Shown here in pieces: positions 50,001-60,778 of a stretch of 64,000 nucleotides of DNA (position 1 is its first letter; the number at the start of each line of letters is the position of its first letter). Below the pieces are notes generated by a model. That model saw only the letters and a program-made list of their open reading frames with translations. It did no database searches and was not told the DNA's origin. The stretch covers positions 2,432,001 to 2,496,000 of the forward strand of contig OZ243974.1 of NCBI GenBank assembly GCA_965214775.1. The letters run 5' to 3'. The DNA is from Nitrosopumilus sp. (lineage in GTDB: Archaea > Thermoproteota > Nitrososphaeria > Nitrososphaerales > Nitrosopumilaceae). A program made the position numbers and the translations under genes.

Positions 50001-51413
50001 ATGATCAGGCGCCTTGCCGTAACAGGACTTTTCCTCGTTCTGGCAGCAGCTGCCGCTGCCACCGCGCACGCAGAGGTGCCACCGCCCCCGCTAAAGCAGC
50101 TTGCAGCCGGCGTCTCTCCCGACGGGGTCCTGTGCAGGGAGGGGCTCGTGCTGGTCGTGCGCGACACCGGCGGCGCAGTATGCGTGAGGGATAACACTGC
50201 AGAAAGGATGGGGTGGACCGTAACTATACCAGATGCCGGCACCGCCGAGTCCACGCACCTGCTGCTGCAGGCCGGCGGCCTGGTGCCAGTCGAGATTTCG
50301 GACTATTCTGGGATCGTGTCAGCAAACAACGACTTTGCAGTCGACTTTTACTCACACGTAGCCAGGCAGGAGGGCAAAAACATCGTATTCTCACCGTGGA
50401 GCATCTCCAGCGCCTTTGCACTCGCACACGAGGGGGCGGGGGGCGACACGAGGGACGAGCTCACAGATGCGTTCGGGTTTCCGGAGGAAAAACGCCTGCA
50501 GTTTGGCTCGGCAATGGTGGATCTGAACAGGCCCGACACAGAGTACCGGCTGTCGGTTGCAAACGCACTGTGGCTTGCAGAATGGCTCGAGCCGCTAGAG
50601 GAGTACGTGCAGACCGCAAGGATATACTACGACAGCGGCGTGGAGATGGTGGACTTTGGGTCCGGTGACGCGGTCAAGACGATTAACGGGTGGGTGTCAG
50701 ATAACACCGGCGGCAGGATAAAAGAGGTCATGGCGCCCGGCTCCGTCGGCGCCGCAACGCCGCTGGTCATAACGAATACAGTATACTTCAAGGGCGACTG
50801 GGTGAACACGTTTGGCGGAGGCAGTACCATCGAGGACTACCCGTTCTGGGCGACCCCCGACAAAAAGGTAACGGTTCCGATGATGTACACAAAGGATGTT
50901 GGCTACAGGCACGCAAACGTGGGCACGCACCAGATCCTTGAGATGCCGTACGTGGGCGACCGCATCTCCATGCTAGTACTGCTGCCAAACGAAAAGGGCG
51001 GGATAGGCGAGCTGGAGGGGATGCTGAGCGCCGAGAGCCTCGAGGAGTGGAAGGGAGATCTTGTAGATAAAATACTGCAGGTCTATTTTCCAAGATTCAG
51101 CCTTGACATCTCGTACAATCTAAGAGAGGACCTGTCCGCGATGGGCGTGACCTCGATCTTTGGCGAGGGGGCCGACCTTTCTGGCATCGCCGGGGACGAG
51201 CGGCTGCACGTGTCAGACGCAGTCCACAAGGCGTTCATAAACGTAAACGAAAAGGGGACGGAGGCCGGGGCCACAACTATAATAGCATCTAGTTCGTCAG
51301 GGCCTCCGACGTTTACAGCAGACCACCCGTTTGTCTTTGTCATACAGGACATGGAGACGGGCAACATACTGTTCATCGGAAGGCTGTCCGACCCGTCCCA
51401 GAGCGGCAGGTGA
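50001..51413 (+). CDS. Secreted serpin with N-terminal thaumarchaeal PPLKQ-type domain
   Basis: Signal peptide; NIVFSPWSI, INGWV...T.GRI, NTVYFKGDW, EKGTEAGA hinge, FTADHPF, LFIGR. Confidence 0.93.
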   Translation: MIRRLAVTGLFLVLAAAAAATAHAEVPPPPLKQLAAGVSPDGVLCREGLVLVVRDTGGAVCVRDNTAERMGWTVTIPDAGTAESTHLLLQAGGLVPVEISDYSGIVSANNDFAVDFYSHVARQEGKNIVFSPWSISSAFALAHEGAGGDTRDELTDAFGFPEEKRLQFGSAMVDLNRPDTEYRLSVANALWLAEWLEPLEEYVQTARIYYDSGVEMVDFGSGDAVKTINGWVSDNTGGRIKEVMAPGSVGAATPLVITNTVYFKGDWVNTFGGGSTIEDYPFWATPDKKVTVPMMYTKDVGYRHANVGTHQILEMPYVGDRISMLVLLPNEKGGIGELEGMLSAESLEEWKGDLVDKILQVYFPRFSLDISYNLREDLSAMGVTSIFGEGADLSGIAGDERLHVSDAVHKAFINVNEKGTEAGATTIIASSSSGPPTFTADHPFVFVIQDMETGNILFIGRLSDPSQSGR

Positions 51414-51805
51414 GCCGGCACATGGTACGCCACATGTGGGCGTGCCGGCACACGCTGTCCTGCACGGCCGCTGCAGACTATGGATGCACAGCTATCCCGG
51501 CAGGCAACGGCTCGCCCTGGCCGCCTTGATCTACGTCATGTGTGTGGTGCCCAGCTTGGACAATCACTTATCCGTGCGATCCCGACCTCACCGCTGCCCA
51601 GCATGCTGTCCGAACACCATCCTCCGGTGCATCCGTGAGTCATATCTGGGAAGACTGCACCTGTGAGAGGTCAAGGTCGTTGCAACATGCAGGCACGAAT
51701 CTTGTTGCAAGATGATTTGGGCATGGCTGAAAACCGGGGTGGCCCAGCCGATTACCTGCGCCCCATGCAAACGTCTTTTATAAAACACCATGATAATCTT
51801 AAGGC

Positions 51806-54800
51806 ATGAACCAAGCAGTCGCATGTCTTGCCATCCTGCTGCCAGTCTTGCTCTCCGTTCCGGCTTTGTCATTCTCAGAGTCAGGTGAGGTACAAGACAA
51901 CCTGTACAAGTTCGATGACGGCTTTTATGAAAAGATCCAGCACATGCAGAACATGACATCGCATGGAAGGGCAGACAGTTCGGACAACGCAACACTGGCT
52001 GCACATTCCGTAATAATAGTCACAGATGACGGATACGAAGACGGATTGGAGCAAACGCTAAGGGAGATGGGCTCGCGGGACATATTCAAGTCAAAGAGCC
52101 TGGACTTTCTCATCGCCGACGTCCCGGTGAACAGGATAGCGGAGCTGGCAGGCTATGATCACGTCTACAAGCTTGGAGACGGACATGGGGAAATGACATC
52201 GTCGGCATCACCGTCAAGACTACCGCCGGCACTGACACTGGCGCAGGCCAAGGCCGTAGTTGGCGCCACCAACGTAGGCTCCGACGTGTATCCGTATACT
52301 GGCAGGGAGATCACCGTTGGACTGATTGGTACGGGCACGGATTTTACACACCCTGATCTGCAAAACAAGAATGCTGCCTCGCTCCTATGCACCCAACTCC
52401 AATGCATTAATGCTTCACTGCTGGCCGGTACCAACCGTGCCACTTCGACTTCCGCAGTCATAGCATCCAACAGCACCAACCCCGCAATGGCGGGGATGGC
52501 ACCAGACTCCATGATACACGACGCTCGCTTAGCTGGCGTGACTCACGTGGGTGAGAGTTCCGTGGCAAAAAATACCTTTGCCAGGGCACTTGATGAGATG
52601 ATGACCAGCGATATCACTGTGGCACTTTCAATACTGGCAAATACTGAAAGTTATGGATGCAACGACTATTCTGCCCTCACCATTGTCACCGACAGGGCGG
52701 TACACGAGGGCTTGAGCTTTTCCATGGCCATCGGAAACAAACCAGATAACACGGCGGCGTTTCCCCCGCCACACATACAGAAGCTGGCATGCGGCTTTAA
52801 CTACATCAGCGCAGGTGCAGTCGACAAGGACAGAATCCTGTGGAGTGACAGCGTTCCCGGACCTGCCCAGTTCAACACCCCTGGCGGCGACTCACCCAGA
52901 ATAAAGCCCGAGATAACCGCAATCGGCGTAGATCTTGACCTTGCACGGGCCGCAGATCGCAGAAATATGATAAACCGTGACTATGAAATAGACAGCGGCA
53001 CGAGCTTTGCCACCGCCTTTGTGGCAGGCGCCAGTGCCCTGATCCTAGAAAAGCAGCCGGACTACCGGCATCTGGAGATAAAGTCCGCACTGCTGCTCGG
53101 CGCAGACTGGCAGGCAGACACGCCGGCGACGGCAGCAGACTATGATAACCGGAGGGCCGGGATATACGATACCATGAACCGGTACGGCTTTGGCATACTC
53201 AACGCAACGAGATCACTTGACTATGCCAACGACAACCAGTACCCGAACGTCCTGTACGACCAAAGCTCAGGCGACTTTGATGCAAACTCGTACAGGATCT
53301 ACGCAGGCGCAGGCGAGCAGGTAAAGGTGCTGCTGTCCTGGCTGGTGCATCCGAGAGGCACGGTACTGTCGCCCACCCTTCCAATCGGCAGCCCCCACAT
53401 CCAGCTTCCAAGCCAGTACCACAACTATGACCTGGCGGTGACGTTTCCCAACGGCGTGACAAGGACGAGCGACTCTGACGTCCAGAACAACGAGTTCGTC
53501 GTGTTTGACGCGCCGGAGACCGGATTCTACACCATCACCGTGAGCTCCGACGGGACGCTGACGACTGCCATCGGCGAGCCGTACACCCTGGCAAGCACGC
53601 ACGGGATAGACAAGTTCCCATACGACCTCGTCGTCCCGGTCACGGAGTTCGCAGACGACTTTGAGTCGGACCTCTCAAAGTGGGACCTGTCCGGCGACTC
53701 TGACTGGGAGATCGGGGACCCCGACGAGGACGTGCCCGGCGAGAACAGCCGGACAAACCAGGCGCTCATATCGAGCAACTGCGACACTGACTGCATCGCC
53801 ACGACATCCTCGACGTTTGACACGCAGGACGCGCTGACCGTCTCCTTTGACAGGTTCGTTGACTCCAGCGTCGATGCCGGGGAGGGCCTGTTTGTAGAGT
53901 ACTCTGCAGATGGAACCAACTGGATCAATCTTGCAAGCTATACCCACAACAACCGCGAGGACAGCGGCTCGTGGAGCAGCGAGTCCCTGTCCCTGGACAT
54001 CACGGAGGACACCGCAAAGATCAGGTTCGTGGCAAAGTCCAGCTCCTCAAGCGAGCACGTCGAGATAGACAATGTTGCAGTCATGGAAAGTGACGGAGGC
54101 GGACCCTCGGACACGACTGACCCCGTAATCACCGCGCCCGCCGACGTCACGGCCGAGGCCACCGGCGTGCTGACTGCCGTATCCATAGGGCAGGCCACTG
54201 CCATCGACAATCTGGATCCCGACCCGGCGATAACAAACGACGCACCAGAGTCGTTTCCCATAGGCGACACCACAGTCACGTGGACTGCCACGGATGACTT
54301 TGGCAACACGGCCACTGCCACCCAGACTGTTACGATACAGGACACCACGCCGCCCTGGATCACGGCGCCTGCCGACCGTACCGCAGAGGCCACCGGCGTG
54401 CTGACCGTGACATCCATAGGGCAGGCCACTGCCATCGACATTGCCGATCCCGACCCCACAATAACAAACGACGCACCCGCGTCGTTCTCGCTAGGCGACA
54501 CGGTAATCACATGGACTGCCACAGATGATTCGGGCAATGCGGCCACTGCCACCCAGACTGTTACGGTTCAAGATACCACGCCGCCGAGCATCACGGCGCC
54601 TGCTGACCATACAGCAGAGGCCACCGGCGTGCTGACCACAATATCAATAGGGCAGGCCACTGCCACCGACAATCTGGATCCCGATCCTGTCATCACGCAC
54701 GACGCACCAGAGTCATTCCCGCTCGGCGACACCATAGTGACATGGACTGCCACAGATGACTTTGGCAACATGGCGACTGTCACCCAGACTGTTACGATAC

Positions 54801-57292
54801 AGGACACGACACTGCCGAGCATAACCGCACCGCTAGATGTCACAACCGAGGCTTCCGGCGTGCTGACTGTAACATCCATAGGGCAGGCTACGGCCACCGA
54901 CAACTTGGATCCCGACCCGGCAATCACAAACGACGCACCGGAATCGTTTCCCCTAGGTAGCACGACAGTCACGTGGACTGCCACGGATGATTCGGGCAAC
55001 GCGGCCACTGACACCCAGACTGTTACGATACAGGACACGACACTGCCGAGCATAACCGCACCGCCAGATGTCACAACCGAGGCTTCCGGCGTGCTGAGTA
55101 TAATATCAATAGGTCAGGCCACGGCCACCGACACTGCCGATCCCGACCCGGCAATCACAAACGACGCACCGGAATCGTTCCCGCTCGGCGACACCATAGT
55201 GACATGGACTGCCACGGATTCCTCCGATAATGCCGCCACGGCCACACAGACCGTGACGATACAGGACACCACGCCGCCGAGCATCACAGCACCCGCCGAT
55301 CATACGGCCGAGGCTGCCGGCATCATGACAATCCTGAATGCCGGCGACTATGGGACTCCCACCGTGTCTGACATTGCCGATCCCAGCCCCACAATCACAA
55401 ACGACGCACCGGAATCGTTCCCGCTCGGCAACACCACGGTAACGTGGACTGCCGCCGATTCCTCTGGCAACGAGGCGACTGCCGCCCAGACCGTTACGAT
55501 ACAGGATACGACGCCGCCTGCCATCTCCGGCCTGCGCAATATATCCGTGGATGATCCGGCGGGCCGGGGAATGGAAGTCAGCTACGATGCGCCTACAGCT
55601 ACAGACCTCGTAGATGGGGCCGTGGCAGTATCATGCACGCACGAGTCAGGATCGACGTTTGCGCCCGGATTCACCGAGGTGTCATGTATGGCGACAGACG
55701 GCTCTGCAAACTCGCTGCGGGACTGGTTTATCATACACGTGGACGCATCTGACGCCATCCTGGACGTCTCGCAGACCGTGAGCACGGGCCGGTCCACGTG
55801 GAGCGTCACGGGCCCGGACAGGATATTCGCGGGGCAGACCTTCGAGTATACCGTAACCCTCGAGGACGGGGCGAGGCCCAGGGAGGAGGCCCTTGCCGTG
55901 TACAGCGCTGCGCCGGATACGCGGTACCTCGGATGGCATGATCCCGATGCAGACTGCCAGACTATATTGTGCGCGGGGTTTCCCGAACAAAAGCACAACA
56001 CGTACAAGATAGCCAGTGACGAGGACTCGCCGTATACTGCCATGCACAACAAGATGAAAAAGTCCAGATCCAGCCACACCATACTGTTGCAGCCGGCAGC
56101 CGACGCGCCGGCGGGGGCGCAGGCCACAGTCGGCATGCTGGACGCCAGCTACAACCCGGTGGGAGGCATACCGGTAACGGTGATGCCGCCGTCCACGAGG
56201 ACGGTAACGGACGGGGACACCACCTGGAGGATCACGGGCCCCGACAGGATATTTCCGGGACAGACATTCGAGTATACCGTGACCCTTGATGGCACAAGGC
56301 ACCAGCACGACGCCCTTGCCATATACAGCGACTCGCTTACGGTGGACGACTTTGGGGGACTCGCGGATGACTCTGCATGCGGCACGACCGTATGCACTGA
56401 CTTTCCCGGGCAGCGGCGCCGCACGATGGAACTTGACAACCACGCAGGCTCCTCATACGACGTGAGGTATCACACGATCAACGCGCCCGGCTCCCAGTAT
56501 ACGATACTGCTGAGGATCGCCGACGACGCAGACGCGGGAGGCACGTTCAGGGTAGGCCTAGTGGACGGGGACGGAAGTCCGATGGGCGGCATACGGGTCA
56601 CGATCGCCGATCCCGTGACCGTAACGGCCCCCTATGAGGAGCTCGTGGCAGGCCTGTCCTTTGAGGGCAGCTTGGCAGATATCACAGGGGACAACAACGG
56701 CACGGCTGCAGGGGGTATCTCATACGTGGAGGGCAGGATAGGCAGGGGGCTGCAGCTTGACGGCTCTACGAACGTCACCCTCGCGGGGGAGGCCGACTTT
56801 GACTTTGGGCGGACCGACCCGTTCAGCATTGCGTTCTGGCTCAGGCAGGATGCGCCCGTCAACGGCAGCACCATGATAATGTCCAAGGCAGAGTCGTTCG
56901 GCCATACCGGCTCGTACGTGTGGGTATGGGGAGGGGCGCCCAACAGGGTCCTGCTTTCGATACACGACAACTCCACGTTCATAAACGTGCATACACCGCA
57001 ACACATGAACATGTCAGACGGCGCCTGGCACCATATCGCATTCACGTACGACGGCTCGGGCGCAAAGGAGGGACTGAACGCGTATATCGACGGCGAGCAC
57101 CGGGACTATGACCACTTCCGCAGGGGCCAGGGGCTGGCAGGCGACACGACAAACGACCATGCGTTTACGGTGAGGACCACCAGCTGGGGGGACCCCGACA
57201 GGATCGACTCGGTGCTTGACGAGCTGCGCGTGTACGGCGCCGAGCTGTCGGCCCGGCAGGTGCGGCTGCTGCATGCGGCGGGCCTCGGCTAG
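51806..57292 (+). CDS. Giant secreted S8 subtilase-like protein with HYR/Ig-like repeats and C-terminal LamG domain
   Basis: Signal peptide; HPDL, AIGN, IKPEITA, SGTSFA; seven ~78-aa DTTPP.ITAP...TVTWTATD..GN repeats; DGAWHHIAFTY...LDELRVY (LamG). Confidence 0.88.
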   Translation: MNQAVACLAILLPVLLSVPALSFSESGEVQDNLYKFDDGFYEKIQHMQNMTSHGRADSSDNATLAAHSVIIVTDDGYEDGLEQTLREMGSRDIFKSKSLDFLIADVPVNRIAELAGYDHVYKLGDGHGEMTSSASPSRLPPALTLAQAKAVVGATNVGSDVYPYTGREITVGLIGTGTDFTHPDLQNKNAASLLCTQLQCINASLLAGTNRATSTSAVIASNSTNPAMAGMAPDSMIHDARLAGVTHVGESSVAKNTFARALDEMMTSDITVALSILANTESYGCNDYSALTIVTDRAVHEGLSFSMAIGNKPDNTAAFPPPHIQKLACGFNYISAGAVDKDRILWSDSVPGPAQFNTPGGDSPRIKPEITAIGVDLDLARAADRRNMINRDYEIDSGTSFATAFVAGASALILEKQPDYRHLEIKSALLLGADWQADTPATAADYDNRRAGIYDTMNRYGFGILNATRSLDYANDNQYPNVLYDQSSGDFDANSYRIYAGAGEQVKVLLSWLVHPRGTVLSPTLPIGSPHIQLPSQYHNYDLAVTFPNGVTRTSDSDVQNNEFVVFDAPETGFYTITVSSDGTLTTAIGEPYTLASTHGIDKFPYDLVVPVTEFADDFESDLSKWDLSGDSDWEIGDPDEDVPGENSRTNQALISSNCDTDCIATTSSTFDTQDALTVSFDRFVDSSVDAGEGLFVEYSADGTNWINLASYTHNNREDSGSWSSESLSLDITEDTAKIRFVAKSSSSSEHVEIDNVAVMESDGGGPSDTTDPVITAPADVTAEATGVLTAVSIGQATAIDNLDPDPAITNDAPESFPIGDTTVTWTATDDFGNTATATQTVTIQDTTPPWITAPADRTAEATGVLTVTSIGQATAIDIADPDPTITNDAPASFSLGDTVITWTATDDSGNAATATQTVTVQDTTPPSITAPADHTAEATGVLTTISIGQATATDNLDPDPVITHDAPESFPLGDTIVTWTATDDFGNMATVTQTVTIQDTTLPSITAPLDVTTEASGVLTVTSIGQATATDNLDPDPAITNDAPESFPLGSTTVTWTATDDSGNAATDTQTVTIQDTTLPSITAPPDVTTEASGVLSIISIGQATATDTADPDPAITNDAPESFPLGDTIVTWTATDSSDNAATATQTVTIQDTTPPSITAPADHTAEAAGIMTILNAGDYGTPTVSDIADPSPTITNDAPESFPLGNTTVTWTAADSSGNEATAAQTVTIQDTTPPAISGLRNISVDDPAGRGMEVSYDAPTATDLVDGAVAVSCTHESGSTFAPGFTEVSCMATDGSANSLRDWFIIHVDASDAILDVSQTVSTGRSTWSVTGPDRIFAGQTFEYTVTLEDGARPREEALAVYSAAPDTRYLGWHDPDADCQTILCAGFPEQKHNTYKIASDEDSPYTAMHNKMKKSRSSHTILLQPAADAPAGAQATVGMLDASYNPVGGIPVTVMPPSTRTVTDGDTTWRITGPDRIFPGQTFEYTVTLDGTRHQHDALAIYSDSLTVDDFGGLADDSACGTTVCTDFPGQRRRTMELDNHAGSSYDVRYHTINAPGSQYTILLRIADDADAGGTFRVGLVDGDGSPMGGIRVTIADPVTVTAPYEELVAGLSFEGSLADITGDNNGTAAGGISYVEGRIGRGLQLDGSTNVTLAGEADFDFGRTDPFSIAFWLRQDAPVNGSTMIMSKAESFGHTGSYVWVWGGAPNRVLLSIHDNSTFINVHTPQHMNMSDGAWHHIAFTYDGSGAKEGLNAYIDGEHRDYDHFRRGQGLAGDTTNDHAFTVRTTSWGDPDRIDSVLDELRVYGAELSARQVRLLHAAGLG

Positions 57293-57620
57293 CTTGTGCG
57301 ATCACGGCGGGCCCGGCCTGCGGCAAGATCCTGTACTGGCCAGTAAGGATTCTCGAAGTGTTTCATGATCAGACGCCCCTGCAAACGGACGATGACATTG
57401 AAGGATTTGTGACTGCCGGCATGCCCCACAGGCGGCACTGCCTGCCGGGGCCTTTGCTGCCGCGCATTCCGCGCGGTATCTTCCGGAGGGGGCAAGGCTC
57501 TTGTCGCGTATTGGTAGAACGCAATCCAAAACAATTTTAAGCCGACGCATCCGTTGATACGGTGAGCATCTTGATGGGATTCAAACGTGTGGGGGTTTCA
57601 TCGCTTGGGTGTGGTAAACC

Positions 57621-58629
57621 GTAACTGGTTTATCATAATACGGAAAGTTCGTATCCACTACGACCCTGGCCCTGCTGGGTGCGGCCAGCGTGTGGACGCC
57701 GGTCGTGGAGCCGTCCTTGTTCTTGCCCACTATTACCCATATGCGGGCCGTCCTGCCGTTGTATGGCATGGCAGTCTCGTTAATGTGCAGATAATCAGAA
57801 TCCTTGATGGCCTGCTTGATACCCTTTACGCTGGGCTTTATTGCCTTGGTGCAGGCCCTCAGGCACTGCAACACGCCTGCCTCTGAGACATCCATGTCCA
57901 GGATTTCTGAGCACATTGTGGCCGTTGCCTGTATGGAGGCAGGTGCCATGTGCATTGAGGTTATCATCCCCGTAATGTTTGGTCCAAACTCGGTTCCCTG
58001 CACGTTCCAGTCCCTGTCATCCTCGATACACACGTGGCCGCAGTCGGCGCATTCGCGTTTGTATGCGGTGTGCTCTGTCGTGACCGGTTTGGGCTTCTTG
58101 GGGATCTCAGTCACGGTCTTTGAGAACAACTTTTCGGGCTTTTTCATGTTGGTGCTGTTGCACTTGTCGCACTTTTTGGGGCAGTGCTTTACAAACTCGG
58201 TCGGTTTTCTCTTGTGTGATACTCCCTTGTGTCCCGGTTTGCGGCCCGGTTTTGCCTTTGCAGATGCCGGTACGTTGCCTGATGCCTTTGCAGCAGCAGT
58301 CTTTTTCTGTCTGGTAGGAATCGAGTTCTGCGAGGAGGGGGTGTGCGGGTTCTCGTAATATTTGATGTGCTGTTTGAGCTGCTGGTTTTCTGCCGTCAGC
58401 AGCACGACCTGTGTTGCAAGCTCGGCCTTCTCTGGCATCTTTGACTACTACCTGCTGCAGATCGGCGATGGTTTTCTCATTCTTTCGGCACTCGGCTATG
58501 AGACGTGCAATCTCGTCGCGCAGTATCTTGACCTCCGAGCCTGATGACATGCATTTTCCTAGGTACTACTATCTTATAGATCGGGTGGTCAGAAAGAATT
58601 CACCAAATAGGTAAGGGGTAAACTCTTAC
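57621..58629 (-). pseudogene. IS66 transposase 5' half (frameshifted) plus TIR
   Basis: YYENPHTPSS, CDKC/CADC Zn ribbon, HINET (first catalytic D appears mutated), ...YYDKPVT; TIR ends at 58629. Confidence 0.88.
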
Positions 58630-58876
58630 AGATGGGCAGTTCAAATCCTATTTATAATCTCGTGATCGCGATACGCTGTGTTGCGCAGAATATATCCCGT
58701 GTTTGTAGGCCTGCCGGCATTTGGCGCGATCATCATATCTGTTGGAATGGCAATTGACAACGACGAGTACTGGCTGATTGCAGATTACACTACCATCAGC
58801 ATCTTTGTGGCATCTGCCATATTCCTGTTCGTGTTCAGGTCAAAGGCTTACGGGCAACAACTGTCGTCATAATAAC

Positions 58877-60013
58877 GGGGTTGTTTCCTAATTCGGCAAT
58901 CTAGTCTAATTTTTTAGATTCTACACTATATTGATCAGAACGGGCGTGGTTCTCTAATGACGGAACATAAGAGACGCAATGGGTACTGGAAGTATTACCA
59001 TGCTGCCCACACCCAAGAAATGGTGTTTCTCCTATCCAATATAGTTTCCTTGATCGTGGAGAACCCGTGTCCCGTGAAGGTTGGTTCCGGACCGGGTCGG
59101 CCAATAGTCCACAGCCGTGACAAGCTGGCATGCCTGTGCATATTGATGGTGTGTCTGGATATGACATACCGTGACACGCAGTGCATTGCGCACTTTCTAA
59201 GGCTGCCTCGCTGGAACGACGAGCCGGTGCCAGACCACGTCACCCTGTGCAAATTCATGCCAAAGATTCCAAACAAGTGGCTTGAGGAGATGATATCAGA
59301 AACTGCACGCAGATGCCTTGCAGGGTTTGACCTGTCTGCACTCAAGCTTGCGGCCGACAGCACCGGCGTCGTTACTGACAGATACGACAAGAAGAAGAAG
59401 AGAAAGGATCTCAAGCCAAAGAAGGTGACGGGCAAAAAGGCCGATTCTAGGCACGAATCTGGCGCAAAAAAGGCCGAAAGAAAGAGAAAGGCCAAGCCCT
59501 ACAAACAATATCTAAAGTGGCACGTGGCATCCGTGCTGGGCCTGCAGGTAATCCTGGCATGCCGGATTACCTCAGACAGAATGGCAGACACTACCATCCT
59601 AAGATCACTCTTGCAGAGAATTGGAAAGATCGGACTCGGATTCTCTGGCATCTTCAACGCCGACAGGGATACGACTCGGATGAGAACATAAGGATCCTCA
59701 AGGAATCCGGAATGAAACCGAACATCAAGCTGAGAGATAATGCAGTCCGTACCAAAATGAAACACAGGAAGGAAGCCTCCGAGGCGTTTGATCCGGAATC
59801 CTACACGATGCGCGCGATGATAGAGGGAATCTTTGGCGCAGAGGAGGCAGAGAACCACAGGCTGATGTGCAGGTTCAGAAAGGCATCCACCCGCAGAAGG
59901 TTTGGCCTGTGCAAGGCCATAGGATGGAACCTTGAGGTGCTAAACAGACTCAAGTGCGCTGCAAAGCTCGGGATACCGGTGGAGGCAGCATGAGTGAATT
60001 AGGAAACAACCCC
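58877..60013 (+). mobile_element. IS5-family element with frameshifted transposase (58957-59993)
   Basis: TIR GGGGTTGTTTCCTAATTC, 9-bp TSD cataataac; DSTG, KWH, ADR/GYD split by a 1-nt shift, RAMIEG. Confidence 0.88.
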
Positions 60014-60270
60014 CATAATAACCCGTTAAACATTGAAACAATTTCGCTGGCAGAACCTCTTCCTTGCAGACAGATTATGCACGAGATGCCCCCGCGTCAT
60101 CAGGCGTCTCAAATATTCTGGCAGACAAAAGTCTCCGCTTTATCTCCCTTTGTTGTATATCAGCATTCTCAGAAGTACCGCATCAAATTATCCTAGGCTC
60201 GAAACAATTCAGATGAGGATGCCTGCAGATCCGCATGTCGGCTCCTGCACCGCCACGAGTATAGCAACGG

Positions 60271-60711
60271 TCACAAGTAATTGAGGGCATTGACCGGCGA
60301 TCTGTAAATGTACTTGTACATACAAAGGTGGGCAAACGACACCGTCCTGTAATACTTGGATATGGCCTGCCGCAGCTCGCTGATCTTTCTGTACACAATC
60401 CCCCTGAAAACAAAATGCTTGCCCAGGTTCCAGCATTCTTCTACGACATTGAGGTACGGCGATCCCTTCGGGATCATTATCCGTCTGACATCGGGGTGGT
60501 CGGCCAGATATTTTGCGACGTCAGTAGATCTGTGCACGCTCCACCTGTCGCAAAAGACGGCAACCTTGCCAAACTTGGCACGCAGTGCCTCCAAACATTC
60601 TATGAACTCCACCGACGTAAACGATCCCGTAAACGTTCTGAACAGCCTTCTGCCGTCTTCTGCGATGCTTCCAAACACGGCCACCTTCGTGTGGTCTCCA
60701 GAGTATAGCAA
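60271..60711 (-). pseudogene. IS630-family transposase, DDE 3' fragment
   Basis: VFCDRWSVH, PKGSPYLNVVEECW. Confidence 0.8.
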
Positions 60712-60778
60712 CGAGCAGAAATAATTGAGGTTTTTTACGTGTAGTTATGACCTATTTTGACTCAAAGACTTATGCCCG

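Larger units (their letters stand above)
41242..57620. mobile_element. ~16.4-kb tyrosine-recombinase integrative element/transposon inserted in an IS66 transposase gene
   Basis: Imperfect 30-bp TIRs (41248-41277, 57591-57620), integrase next to the left end; excision restores the IS66 frame YYDKPVTVDGY. Confidence 0.8.

Noticed and set aside
53527-57274. Many minus-strand ORFs within the giant protein gene
   Set aside because: Antisense shadows of a GC-rich repetitive CDS.
59660-59680. Programmed frameshift in the IS5 transposase
   Set aside because: No slippery heptamer; it looks like a single G lost from a short run (mutation or sequencing error).
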